From contig CP068257.2 in the NCBI GenBank assembly GCA_009914755.4, forward strand, positions 34,272,001 to 34,336,000: a stretch of 64,000 bases of DNA. The letters are read 5' to 3'. Of the stretch, positions 13,035 through 26,968 are shown piece after piece. Position 1 is the stretch's first letter. Each line of letters opens with the position of its first letter. The translations under genes were made by a program, and so were the position numbers. Origin of the DNA: the human T2T-CHM13v2.0 reference genome, Homo sapiens. The notes under the pieces are model-generated. The model saw only the letters and a list, made by a program, of their open reading frames with translations. It made no database searches and had not been told where the DNA came from.

Positions 13035-14950
13035 TAAAGATAAATGTTTTAAGCTGATAAACAACATCAGCAAAGTCTCAGGTACAAAATCAATGTGCAA
13101 AAATCACAAATATTCCTATACACCAATAATAGACAAACAGAGAGCCAAATCATGAGTGAACTCCCATTCAAAATTGCTGCAAAGAGAATAAAATACTTAG
13201 GAATACAACTTACAAGGGATGTGAAGGACCTCTTCAAGGAGAACTACAAATCACTGCTCAAGGAAATAAGAGAGGACACAAACAAATGGAAAAACATTCC
13301 ACGCTCATGGATAGAAAGAATCAATATCGTGAAAATGGCCATACCGCCCAAAGTAATTTATAGATTCAATGCTATCCCCATCAAGCTATCATTGACTTGC
13401 TTCACAGAATTGGAAAAAAACTGCTTTAAATTTCATATGGAACCAAAAAAGAGCCCATATAGCCAAGACAATCCTAAGCAAAAAGAACAAAGCTGGAGGC
13501 ATCATGCTACCTGACGTCAAACTATACTACAAGGTTACAGCAACCAAAACAGCATGGTACTGGTACCAAAACAGATACCTAGACCAATGGAACAGAACAG
13601 AGACCACAGAAAAAATGCTACACATCTACAACCAACTGATCTTTGACAAACCTGACAAAAACAAGCAGTGGGGAAAGGATTCCCTGTTTAATAAATGGTG
13701 TTGGGAAAACTGGCTAGCCATATGCAGCAAACTGACACTGGACCCCTTCCTTACACCTCATACAAAAATTAACTCAAGATGGATTAAAGACTTAAATGTA
13801 AGACCTAAAACCATAAAAACCCTAGAAGAAAATCTAGGCAATACCATTCAGGACATAGGCATGGGCAAAGACTTCATGACTAAAACACCAAAAGCAATGG
13901 CAACAAAAGCCAAAATTGACAATGGGATCTAATTAAACTAAAGAGCTTCTGCACAGCAAAAGAAACTATTATCAGAGTGAACAGGCAACTTACAGAATGG
14001 GAGAAAATTTTTGCAATCTATCCATCTGACAAAGGGCTAATATCCAGAATCTACAAGGATATTTAAATAAGTTTACAAGAAAAAAACAAACCACCCCATC
14101 AAAAAATGGTGAAGGATATGAACAGACACTTCTCAAAGGAAGATATCTATGCGGCCAACAAACATAAGAAAAAAAGTTCATCATCACTTGTCATTAGAGA
14201 AATGCAAATCAAAACCACAATGAGATGCCATCTCACGCCAGTTAGACTGGTGATCATTAAAAAGTCAGGAAACAACAGATGCTGGAGAGCATGTGAAGAA
14301 ACAGGAATGCTTTCACACTGCTGGTGGGAGTGTAAATTAGTTCAACCTTTGTGGAAGACAGTGTGGTGATTCCTCAAGGATCTAGAAGCAGAAATATCAT
14401 TTGACCCAGCAATCCCATTACTGGGTATATACCCAAAGGATTATAAATCATTCTACTATAAAGACACATGCACACGTATGTTTACTGCAGCACTATTCAC
14501 AATAGCAAAGACTTGGAACCAACCCAAATGGCCATCAATGATAGACTGGATAAAGAAAATGTGGCACATATACACCATAGAATACTATGCAGCCATAAAA
14601 AAAGAATGAGTTGATGTCCTTTGCAGGGACATGGATGAAGCTGGAAACCACCATTCTCAGCAAACTAACGCAGGAACAGAAAACCAAACACCACATGTTC
14701 TCACTCATAAGTGGGAGGTGAACAATGAGAACACATGGACACAGGGAGGGGAACATCACACACCAGGGCCTGTTGAGGGGTGGAGGAATAGGAGAGGGAT
14801 AGCATTAGGAGAAATACCTAATGTAGATGACGGGTTGATGGGTGCAGCAAACCACCATGGCCCATGTATACCTATGTAACAAACCTGCAAGTTCTGCACA
14901 TGTATCTCAGAACTTAAGGTATAATAAAAAATATATATATATATAAATGT
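13035..14950 (+). mobile_element. L1PA-like LINE-1 3' portion (ORF2 C-terminal about 1.6 kb plus 3'UTR), 5'-truncated
   Basis: Translations [51 protein letters not shown].. and ..[59 protein letters not shown].. are L1 ORF2. The 3' end is ..ggtgcagcaaaccaccatggcccatgtatacctatgtaacaaacctgcaagttctgcacatgtatctcagaacttaaggtataataaaaa. Confidence 0.9.
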
Positions 14951-15172
14951 TTTATTTAAGAGTATCATTCTGACCATCATGCCTCCCACCATGCCTACAC
15001 TAGCTCTGTCATATCTTGGTTTGTTAATGCATCAGACACCTCAGGTGATAGCCCATCACAGTCACCTACAGCTCAGGACCCAGGGGTGAACACCAAAATG
15101 GGCACCAGAATGTGTAGAGAAAGCTCCAGAAGAAGCAGGAACCCATGTCTCTTCCCATTTGATCTATTCTTG

Positions 15173-15228
15173 TTGTGTGTGTGTGTGTTCATGTATGTGC
15201 AAGTGTCTATGTGTGTGTTTCTCCCAAG
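15173..15228. repeat. (GT)n / GT-rich microsatellite
   Basis: ttgtgtgtgtgtgtgtgttcatgtatgtgcaagtgtctatgtgtgtgtttctcccaag. Confidence 0.7.
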
Positions 15229-18195
15229 TTACCTCAAGAAAACTTGATCACCAACGACTCCAGCAGGCTGGACTTCTTGCTACAGAGAAACAACTCTGGT
15301 GAGTAGGTTTTCTTTGTTTTCCTACAAGGAAAGACTAACGATGGCAGGGTTCAGGAATGTATCAATATAGGATGTCGTTGTTTAAAAAAGGAAAAAGAGT
15401 CGAAGGTTCTCTGTTTCAGGGAATGGAGGAATAACAAGATGAAAGCAATAGGAAAAATGAACTGGCACGAAAGAGTTGGCTCCAGGAACTTCTCCTATGC
15501 CTCTTCAACTCTAAAATCAGAAAGGTAAAACTGGAGAGCCACTGGAGCATGGAGGGTAGGTTTCCGAGCTGCACACTTAGAGCTGCACATGAGTTCCCCA
15601 AAAGAGTAAAGGTGGAGGCCTTAGAAGACACGGTGAGGACTCCAGGAGGGGAAGAAGAGGACGAACACTCAGGAACAAAAGCAGCAAAGGCAGTCATAGT
15701 TACAGATGCCAAAGAGGAAAAAAGGAGAACAAATTCCCATCAAAGCAGGAGGGTGTTTTGAGAAAGAATGGGTGGTCAACTGCGCTAAATGTTGGAAAGA
15801 GATTATGAGGAAGGCAAGAGGACAGAGACACAAAGCTTTTTCAGTAAGGTAGCCACTGGTGTCTTTGGGTGGCATATTTGTAATAGAATGGTGGGGACAA
15901 TCACCAATAATTACACCTCGCATTACCTCACCAGTAAGCAGAGGCCGCACATGAGGAGACAGACCAGCAAAACTAGGACAGAGAAAGCATATAGTAGGAA
16001 GATTGAACACAACCAAGTGTGAGATTTGGGCATAGGAAATGTATAGATAATGGCTGGGTAACGGCAATAGGATGGAAGAGATGCAAAAGGGCCCAACCTA
16101 GAACATGAAGGACCCACTGGGGTGGGGATAGGGTGGACCAGCCTTGAAATCATTTCAGCAAGCAGAGCCCAATGTGCAAAGGGGTGCAAAGCAGAGCCCG
16201 ATGTTGCAACTAACCAGCAGTCACCCAGGCAGGCAGACAGCATGGGGCAGGGGAGAGAGGAGAACGCCTTTGCATCATGGTGAACCGTGATGTTTTTCAA
16301 CAAGTAAACTGAATCAGGAACAGGAAGAAATCCGGAACAAGAAATATTCTAGGAAGTCAGCTGAAAGGCAGCCAAGCTGCATTAGAGAATCAGTGGCGAT
16401 AACCGGGCTCCCATCAACAGACTGTGTGGTTCAGGGGCAAGACTCCAGCCCCCGGGGAGAGCTGGCAAGGGCAAGAAGAAAGGGCTGGATCCATGGAGGA
16501 GTGGAGGAGCAGGCTCCCAAAGACAGATCAGTGGCTTGAGACTTTGTGAGCCAGTGAGCAGACCTGGGTGCAAAGCAGGACTGAAAGGGCCAAAAGAGTG
16601 AGTCATCGCAGCCCAGAGCACTGGGCCAGAACTCCTCAGCCCCTTCCACGAGCAGGGCAGAGACGGCCTGGGCAGTAGCATGTTTGGCTCAAAGACTCCC
16701 AGCAGAAGAGGACGGCAAAGGCTGAGAATCAGGCAGGAGTCAAAGAAGGGGTGCTTTAAGGTAAGGGGAAGGCTTAAACAGAAAAAGCAGAAGGAAGGGT
16801 AAGAAAGAGTTCAGAGACAGGGTCATAAGCATTTTGTAAGGCTAAGGCCAAGGAAGAAGTGGGAAGGCATAAAATACCCAGCGAATACTTGGCCTTGCTC
16901 TCCTCAGATCTAACCAGTTGCAGACCTAGAGCTACTCTAGAATAATTGTTAATTGAATGTGATGCACCCTGAAAGGCACCCAATCAGAAGATTTGAGATT
17001 GATCTGCTGTGTGAGGGCCAAGGAAGAATTTCTCGATTGCGAGGACTGACAAACACCCACGCAAGTCCCTACAAGAGGTTATGAACATTTTCTTCTTTCG
17101 AAATTACTTTTTCGCCGTGCAGATTTTCATACTCTGAGATACTTGGTGAGTATGGTTCTAACCGAAGGCAAAGCAACAAGTTCAATAACCCCACAGGGAA
17201 CTCAGCAGCCCCGCTCCTTGTCTTCCAAAGCTGTCCAGCTCCTCCTCCCAGTGGCTGGTTTTCAGTTTTGCAACTCTTGAAATTCAGATTGATAACTTGG
17301 GCACCCTTTTAGTGGAGATGGCTGAAAAAGTAGATTTCTTCTTAGCCAAACAAAGGCTTCAAAAGCATCTCTTACAATTTTAAGCTTTTCAAATGGCTTC
17401 AAAATTCACAAGTACCCATAACAACTTTTTAAAACTTTGTGACTTTAGATCGACACCCAGAAAATTGTACGCTGGGTTTTCCCTTAAGGAGAGAACATTT
17501 TGGATTTGCTTTTGTTAGTTTCAAATGAATGACCTCATCATTGGATTAATACCTAAACCAAAAGGATGAATGGCTTGTGCTACTTCAGCTGGGGAGTCCA
17601 GGAACCTGGAGGATGCTGCGGAGCCATTCAGAGGGATCTTGGCATGTAGCATGTTCTCAAAACTTTGAAGCAGCAATGACAATGAGAAGAAGGAGGAGGC
17701 AGAGGAAGCAGTAGAGGCTCTAATGAAATTCATTGCCTGAATATTAAAAGCATTCAATAATGGGCTCAAATCAATCCATTGATGGTGCATCCAAAAACAG
17801 CTATAAAGGAAAGCTAGGGATATTTGTGCTATGTCATCATATTTTGAAGGTTAACACTATGAATAACAGCCTACCCTTCTTTACTAAATATGTTGGTGCC
17901 ACTTAGAATCCTGAGAATCTTAGGGGTATTTTTCAACTGAAATGGGTATTTTTAACTAGAAACTCAAGTGGTCTGTGGCCACAAATTGAGAAGACCTGGC
18001 CTAGTGAACCATGTTGGCAAACATTCTGCCTATGCCTATGAAATAATAGATGCTCAAGGCATCATTTCACATCATAATAGCAGAAATCTAGTTCTTCCAG
18101 GGCTAAAGCAGAAGGAGGTAAGGGTCTGATGCTCTGACTTGAGACACAGCCACAGAGAGAATGATTCACATGTGTGTATCTTAAATCAGTACTCA

Positions 18196-18654
<459 letters not shown>

Positions 18655-19057
18655 TTAAATTTTTTAAATGTTCTGAATTTAAGAACCTGACTTTCTCTGT
18701 CTGTGGGAGTATCAACTGCAGATACAGAATGCACTCAGATCTCACTTTGGATTTACTCAGGTCCCAGTAATGAGCTCCTGTGCAATGCCCAGGGCTATGC
18801 TCTGAAGATGCAGGAAGGGAAGATCTTAAACTACATGATTTTGGAAGGCAAATGTAGATACCCACCAATCTCTACTACAATGCTGCTTTATGTGGTCCCC
18901 AAGAACCTCTGACTTGATGAGTACTGATGGGCCCCCAAAATAAACTCGGGGCTAATGTCGAGCAGGAAACAAAGTGCATTAACCTGTTGGGTAAAATTAA
19001 TTAATAATTATCTCTCTCAACACGAAAGAAGCCCTGCTAGGAATTTTTATTTCACTA

Positions 19058-19338
19058 ATTTTTTGGAGACAGAGGCTTACTCTGTCACCCAGGCTGGAGT
19101 GCAGTGGCATGATCTCAGCTCACTGCAGCTCCCAGGTTCAAGTGACTCTCGTGCCTTAGCCTCCGAAGTAGGTGGGATTACAGGCACCCACCACCACACT
19201 CAGTTAATTTTTGTATTTTTAGTGAAGATGGGTTTTCACCATGTTGGCCAGGCTGGTCTCGAACTCCTGACCACAAGTGATCTGCCTGCCTCGGCTTCCT
19301 AAAGTGTTAGGATTACAGGCATGAGCCACTGTGCCCAG
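19058..19338 (-). mobile_element. Alu SINE in reverse orientation, with target-site duplication ctgctaggaatt
   Basis: ttttttggagacagaggcttactctgtcacccaggctggagtgcagtgg...gattacaggcatgagccactgtgcccag. Confidence 0.9.
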
Positions 19339-21377
19339 TACTGCTAGGAATTATCTTGGCTGTCTTTCTGACATTCATTTGTTGTGAGACAGAGGCTCAC
19401 TTGTCCAAACCCAAAGAATGGACTCAGAGACCTGGAAAACAGCAAAAGCGACACTTTTAATGACAGTCTTGCAAGATCGAGTGTCTGATGGGAAGGCACA
19501 CCCAGCACAGTTACAACAAGCAGTTTATCCCCTAGTGTGCAGGTCCCTCCCCCAGTTCCTCATAGGCTGAGAACTATGGGGTCACAATCTTCCCAGACGT
19601 CGCCTATTGGTTGTTGGGTTGGGGCTTTAGGTGGTTTCTTTAAGGTTGTCTTGCTGCATTTTGTTGCAGCCCACAATGCATTACAATCCTAGTCAGCTCA
19701 GGGGCTCTTTAAGTATCTGACTTATGTCCTAAGTAGCTGGGCAGCTCATAAGAACAGACAAAGCAAGCTATTTTGCAGGCTAGTAAACTTTCATCTTAGA
19801 CTAAACTTTTTTGGATTAGGTGAAGGCAACTAAGGGACGGGGGTGGGGTGCCAACAAGCAGGCATCAGCTATCCAAGCAGGGGCCTAGTATATCCTGTTT
19901 TTTTCTGTAGTTTGCTGACCTAAGCCAATTTAAGTCACTTTGTCTTAGAAATGGACCACTATATACATTATTTCCTTCATTTGTGAGGAAAGATTATTAT
20001 TACAAATAGAAATTGCTAATATTTATTGACCACTGACCTTCTGCACTGCACCAATCTTACATATATTAACTCACTTAAATTCTCAACAATCTAGTGAGGG
20101 TTTACTATTTTGCATCCTAGATAATTAAGGGACACAGAAGTTAAATTCCTTGCTCAAAATCTTATAGGTGACAGAACAAAGATTGAAACCCGAGCACTCT
20201 GGATCCTGGGCATAAACTCTTAACCACCCCTCTCATTTCCTCTGAAAAATTAACAGATTCACTCATAGTGGGCCTACTTCTATTTTTAAGTGTAAACATT
20301 TTTGTCCTCAGATATTTTGACCCTCATAAGTTTACCATGCTAGGATTTTCTTGTTTTGTCTTTCAGAGCAAGGACACAGGCTCATCCAATGTTTTAGTAC
20401 ACTGCTACCTAAAATCAAAGAAATAAGATCTTATTTGTTCTAACAAAAGACCTGCTTCACAATAGAAATAAAAATGGTCTCTTTGTTCATTTACTGAACA
20501 AACCCAAAAACATATGTTTTTGGGACAAACCCAAAAACATAGCTCAGTCTAGTAAACTTCTCCAAAATATGCATGTTATACATTTTTGAGATACCTCTTG
20601 TGTTATATATCTGGTGGGAAAAAAAAGGGAGCTTTGATCATAGCACATGCATCAACAAAAAATTTTCACTCTAAACCTCAGTTTGAATATGGTTTAAAAG
20701 AAAATTGTAAAGCGTTTCCTCTCCCAGTGTTAACCAAATAGAGGTTGTTGGAAAAACAATCCTGGGAACTGGGTGTGGGTCTGGGCCCTGAAACTAGATT
20801 GCACCAGCACCAATTTACATGAAGGATTACATAAAGTTTTGGACATGGTACTGAGCAATTTTGCCAGTTTCAACTGTCCAGCATCTTAACCTCATTTCCA
20901 TATTTGGGGACTTCTGACACATACTACCCACCATGAAAGCCTATCACTACAGCAGCTGAAATGCCAGGGCCCTGGGTAGAAGGTTGGTCACATGACCTCT
21001 CATGGCCAATCAGGTTCCCTGGCTGGGACTTTGACTTTGGGCTGAGAGCCCCAGCTTTAATTTTCACTACATTTATCATTTCATCTATTGTGTTTCCTCC
21101 ACAGACAAATGTAATGCTCCATGAAGGCAGTCAACTTTGTTCACTGCTGTATTCCTAGTGCCTAAAATAATGTCTGACTCATAACAAGAAAATATGTACA
21201 AATACATATTTCTTGAATGAATAAAATATGTCTTGTTATCTGAATCAATTCTTTTAATTTCTAAGATCTCAAATTCTCTTGTATAATAGCTGATTCCTAA
21301 TTTATGGATATGGTAGCCACGCTTATTTCCAAAACATGATATTTACATTAATGATCTTCTATTAGCTCTATAAGCTC

Positions 21378-21745
21378 TGATGTGGTTTTGCTGTGTCGCC
21401 ACCCAAATGTCATCTTGAATTGTAGCTTTCATAATCCCCATGTGTCTTGGGAGGGAGCCTGTGGGAGGTAATTGAATCATGGGGGGCAGTTTCCCCCATA
21501 CTGTTCTCATGTTAATGAACAAGTCTCACAAAATCTGATAGTTTTTTAAAGGGGAGTTCATCTGCACATGCTCTGTTGCCTGCCACCATATAAGACGTGC
21601 CTCTGCTCCTCCTTCACCTTCCACCATGACTGTGAGGCCTCCCTAGCCATGTGGAACTGTGAGTCCATAAAACCTGTTTTTCTTTATAAATTACCCAGTT
21701 TGGGGTATGTCTTTATTAGCAGAGTGAGAACAGACTAATATAAGC
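21378..21745 (+). mobile_element. THE1/MST-family MaLR LTR (solo or 3' LTR), with about 140 bp of MaLR-internal-like sequence immediately upstream (21240-21377)
   Basis: tgatgtggttttgctgtgtcgccacccaaatgtcatcttgaattgtagc..cccatgtgtcttgggagggagcctgtgggaggtaattgaatcatgggg...ccatgtggaactgtgagtccataaaacc..ttataaattacccagtttggggtatgtctttattagcagagtgagaacagactaata. Confidence 0.7.
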
Positions 21746-23401
21746 TCTGTTTCCTTGGGTATTATTTCTTCTTCACTGTGACTTTGTGCCTCTGTTTCCT
21801 AAAATCTTTGCTTCTTTGTTGTCAGAGAGGGGATAGATGGATGCATGTGCAAAGCAAGGCTAACTGACTATAACCTTTCCCCCAGCATTATGCATAATAA
21901 AGATGTTCATTCATTCATTCTTTCATCCAACCATTGTTATTAAGAGAAAGACACAATGGGGCAAAACAAGAATATTTTATTGTTTTGTGGGAGAATGTGT
22001 TCACCCCTTCCATTTTGCAACTTGTTCTCCTGAGCAAAACTCTACATATTTTTTCCCATAGCATAACTTAAAAGGATATTTTTTTAGAGAGTAGATTATC
22101 ACCATTTTGAAGATGGGAACTTCCAAACTCCAAAAAAAACAAAATAGTACAAAATTTTCCAGACATATGGGATTATCAACCACTGCCAATCACCTTACAG
22201 ACCAAGAAGTGTTCAAGAACAGTGTTAGGCAAATATTGCCCCAATATTTAAAACGGGTGGGGAGACTCATACAATAGAACACAATGCTTAATATTAACCC
22301 CCTAAAATCTAGAGCAAATTAACAAAGAGCTATTATAAAGTCTGGATAATTTGACACATATACACCCATATCCCACTTTACATTTTACTCTTTAGGCAGA
22401 AAATCCCTGGTTGCTTCTACAATAACCCTTGACATCACCATCATAGATGTCCTCCACTTGAAACTCCAGTCTGTCTGTCTGCCTGTTATAAATTGCAATA
22501 TTCAGAACCAGAAATAGTATTCCAGACAACATGAGAGTATGGAACCACTAATCACTATTTGGATATCAATTCATGTCTACCAAAATAGCCTGTGATTTCA
22601 TTTCTCTTTTACCAACCTCTACACACTGCACATTGGAACTGCTCCTGAACCAACCATTCCACATTCTTTCCACATATTTCATGAAAAGGTAAAGACACAT
22701 GACCCAGATGGCAAACTTGGTATATTCACCTAGCTCTTTTCCTACTCCACACCCTTAGAAATGACAGGAGAGATGTTTTATTACATACTGAAACCGTAAG
22801 AGCTGCGCCAAACAAGGAACAGTACCCAACATTAACCAGAAATTTTGAGACAAAAAGCAGAAAGATATAAGGCAGACAGGATCAACTTGTTGGAGAAAAC
22901 GACAGCCAAACACTTGTACACTTGTAGCAGGAGAGGCCTGCCAGAGAGAGAAGTGGTTACAGAGTACTCCAAGCTCTCAGGGGATGGGTCCAAGAAGCAA
23001 GAAGGCAAATGGGGAAAAACAATAGGAGATTAACAGGGTCACTGCATTTAGAGCAGCCACATCTCTTGGCTCCTCCTTCCTCCCGCTCTTGAATTGAGTG
23101 GTGACCAACAGCAGCATATTGCACAGGCTAAAGTGATGAGTGGGGCACTTAAGTCTAAGAGGCATCATTCTAACTGAACCTATGGAACCTATGGCAGAAA
23201 GTGGCCTTATGCTCACCAGGCTTATCTTCCTTTCCCTGGGCACACAGAAAGACTGTATTTGCCAGTTTTCTTTCAGTTATGTTGAGATCATATAACTAGT
23301 TTCCAGCCAATGGATAGCAGTGAAATGTACCCCTTCCAGGCCTGGCCATACAATGCCCCATTTTATGCTCCTTGTTCTTCCCTCTCTAAAAGTAAAGGAT
23401 C

Positions 23402-23812
23402 TGTATCAGTCCATTCTTGCATTGCTATAAAGAAATACCTGAGACTGGGTAATTTTATAAAAGAGGTTTAACTGGCTGACGGTTCTGCAGGCTGTTTGGG
23501 AAGCATAGTGGCATCTGCTTCCAGGGAGGCCTCAGAGAGCTTTTACTCATAGCAGAAGGCAAAGTGGGAACAGGCACTTCACAGACCAAAAACAGGAGCG
23601 AGGGTAGGGGAGAGCTGCCACACTTTTCAACAATCAGATCTCGCAAGAACCCATCCAGTACCACGAAAACAGTACCAAGAGAATGGTGCTAAACTATTCA
23701 TGAGAAATCCAACTCTATGATCTAATTATCTTCCACTAAGCCCCGCCTCCAATATTGAGGATTACAGTTCAATATAGGATGTGGTGGGGACAGCATCCAA
23801 ACTAGATCAGGA
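23402..23812 (-). mobile_element. MaLR LTR (MST-like, diverged) in reverse orientation
   Basis: gtatcagtccattcttgcattgctataaagaaatacctgagactgggtaattttataaaagaggtttaactggctgac.gttctgcagg...cagaaggcaaag...ggggacagcatccaaactagatca is the reverse complement of THE1/MST LTR architecture. Confidence 0.55.
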
Positions 23813-26600
23813 TCCAATTAAGATTTGTGAGGAGCCCTGGAAAGAGGACAATGCCCCAAGATGGAAACAGCCGGGATCCTAAGAGTAATCGAGAGAAAAA
23901 TAAATCTTTATTGAGCTACTCAGATTTTTGGATTATTTCTTACAGCTGACAAATTATCCAACAAATATTATAGTGAAAGAAGCCCTGAGAGGATATGGAG
24001 GTACCACAAGAGAAAACACTTACGCAGCATCTCCATCATCTCAGTCAAGGTATTGACAGGAAATTGATGGCATGCTTGAAGGTTTAACCAAAGAGAAATT
24101 TACAAATGGACTATTTCCAGAGGTAAAGATGGGGCTGAGGGAACCATCAAGGGATGATAAAGCTCCCAGAAGTTAGCAATAGTGGAAAACCATGACCTCC
24201 CTCGGTCCTGAAGGGAGAGGAGAAGGAGCAGTTACCAGAAACCAGGGAGGATAGTAGCCACAATAGAGAGTGTCCCACCAGGAGTTCTCGCTGTAGATTA
24301 GAAAATACCACCACTGCCTAGCCCAGGGCAGGGAAGAAAGGAAGAGCAATACTCCAACCTTTCTTCCTATCCTCCAGCTTCAGTGGGAGTCTCCCTTTGA
24401 CTGGACCAGTTGGAAGGCTGACGGCAAGGGAAGTCCACTGATGCAGAGATCAGCTTCCTGGGGCCCAGAAGAAGGCAAATTGGGACAGAGCTTGGACCTG
24501 GAAGACAAACTGAAAAAAACCAGAACATCCTCCCAGCAGATCATCATGCCCAACCCCCAGTCACCAGAGATAAGCACCTGTGGTCAGCACTGGCATCCAC
24601 AGAGGGGCAGATAGTGTTCCAAAAGCAAAATTGAGCAGACAACAGGGAATCAAAGACTTAAGGAAAGAGAGGCATAAAAGTCACCGTGAAGAAGAAATAA
24701 TACCAAAGGAAACATAACTCATAGAGCAGACAGAAGAGGATTGCTGTGTCAAGTTTTAAAAATACAAGCGTGGCTACGATATCCATAAATTAGGAAACAG
24801 CTATTATATAAGAGAAGTAAAATTAGAAATTAAAAATTTTTAAACAGACAATAAAACATTGATTGGATAAACAGAATTACAAAAAGTTCATAGTTAAATG
24901 GTAACTTGTTGATCTGGAAAATCAAGCCAAGGGATTATTTACAAATATGTAATCAAAAGGGAAAAACAGATAATTTTTTTTTATAAAATTTCAATATCTA
25001 CCTAATGAAAATACTAGAAATAGAAAAAAGAAAATTTTAGAAATGGAAAAGAAGAAGTAATTAAGAAACAAAAAGAAAATTTCCCAAGACCAAAGAAACA
25101 TTTGAATTAAAAATGCTCATCACTTTCAAAAATACCTGCCCTTTGACATACAGTTGTAAATTTTAAAAGTTCAGAGCTAGATAGAAAATTCTAAATGCCT
25201 CCTGAGAAAATAAGCAGCCTACCTGAAATGGATGAGTGTCTGACCAGCACCAAATTTCTCTTTGACAATACTTGAGGCTAAAAGACAATACAGTAATACC
25301 TTAAAAGTTCAAAAGAATTACTTTGAATCTAAATCCTGATTCTTATTCAAGTCAACATTCAAAAGGAAAAACAAAATAAAGACATTTTCATAAACCTTTA
25401 AAGATTCTGAAAGTTAACCTTTCACACACAGACCTTCTCTAACAGATTTAATCAAGCAAAAGAGAATTCAAAAAGGGGAAAATGTTGGGCCCAAGAACTA
25501 ACAGTATACAGAGAAACCAGTGAAGTACACTTTGGAAATATATTTTACAATTTTTAACAACAATCTGCAACTAAACCAAAATATCTCAACATGAGAGGTG
25601 GTGGTGTTGGGGGAATAAAGGGGATGAAGTGAAAACATGGTAAGGTTCTAGTTTTGTTTGGGGTGTGCAGTAGAAATAGATACCCACTGATTCAAAATAT
25701 TAATAAATAATCTAGCAATGAGAAAAGAGATATAACTCTCAATATAAGATCTTATACATAAAAAAATAAGTGCTATATTAAAAATAAATGTGACCATCTC
25801 AAAAAATGTGCAATTTTCTACAAAACTGTAAATTAATCAAAATTGATCCCAAAAAAGATAGAAAATGTGAATAGACTGATAGACTGTTGACAAAAAGAGT
25901 CAAACTCTAAAATATTTGAAAAGCCAAATATGTGTGACCAATGGCCTGTGACACAGCCCCATGAGATGCTGAGAACATGTGCCCAAAGTGTTCAGGCTAC
26001 AGCTTGGTTTTATATATTTTGGGGAGACATAAGACGTTAATTGATACATGTAAGATGAACATTGGTTCAGTCCAGAAAGGTATGACAACTGAAAGTGGGG
26101 GTCATAGGTGGAATAAAAGATTTTCTGATGGGCAATTGGTTGAAAGAGTTATTATCTAAAGACGTGGAATGTCTGGGTTAATATAAGGGGTTGTGGAGAC
26201 CAAGGCTTTATCATGCAAATGAAGCCTCCAGGTACCAAGCTTCAGAGAGAATAGATTGTAAATGTTTCTTTTCAGACTCAAAGAGACTATTCTATTCAGT
26301 CTTTATATCTTTGTGCTGACATTAATGTTGGTCAGCTGTGCCTGAATTCCAAAAGGGAGGAGGGTATAATGAAGCATGTTCAAGTGCCCCTTCTCATCAT
26401 GGCCTGAACTTGTTTTTCAGGTTAACTTTGGAATGCCATTGGCCAAGAGGAGGGTTCATCAGTCAGTTGGGGGGCTTACAGTTTTATTTTTGGTTTACAA
26501 TACACTTATAAAAATTGAAAATATAGTCAAAGCTCTAATCCATTAAAAAACAGGTACCAATTCCAGATAATTTTATGGAGATTTCTACTCCTTGAAGCAA

Positions 26601-26968
26601 GTATATTAGTTCGTTCTCATGCTGCTAATAAAGACATACACAAGACTAGGTAATTTATAAAGGAAAGAGGTTTAATTGACTCACAGTTCTGCAGGGCTGG
26701 GAAGGCCTCAGGAAACTTACAATCATGGCAAAGGGGAAGCAAACATGTCCTTCTTCACATGGTGGCAGGAAGGAAAAGAATGAGTGCCCAGCAAAGGGGA
26801 AAGCCACATATAAAACCCTCAGATCTTGTGAGAACTAACTCTCTATCATGAGAACAAGATGGGGGAAACAGCCCCCATGATTCAATTATCTCCACCTGGT
26901 TCCTCCCACAACATGTAGGGATTATGGGAACTACAATTCAAGATGAGATTTTGATGGGGACAGAGCCC
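26601..26968 (-). mobile_element. THE1-like MaLR LTR in reverse orientation
   Basis: gtatattagttcgttctcatgctgctaataaagacatacacaagactaggtaatttataaaggaaagaggtttaattgactcacagttctgcagggctgggaaggcctcaggaaacttacaatcatggcaaagg...gatggggacagagcccaaccatatcagc. Confidence 0.7.

Noticed and set aside
13095-13932. Two consecutive ORFs (139 and 142 aa) with clear protein similarity
   Set aside because: Both are pieces of LINE-1 ORF2 (reverse transcriptase C-terminal region) from a 5'-truncated L1PA copy. The frame is broken between them. This is a mobile-element remnant, not a cellular gene.
23402-26968. A full-length MaLR/ERV provirus bounded by the two minus-strand LTRs
   Set aside because: The two LTRs belong to visibly different subfamilies (THE1-like versus a diverged MST-like) and are about 3.6 kb apart, longer than a MaLR element. 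No polypurine tract or primer-binding-site-like sequence abuts them. They are more likely independent solo LTRs.
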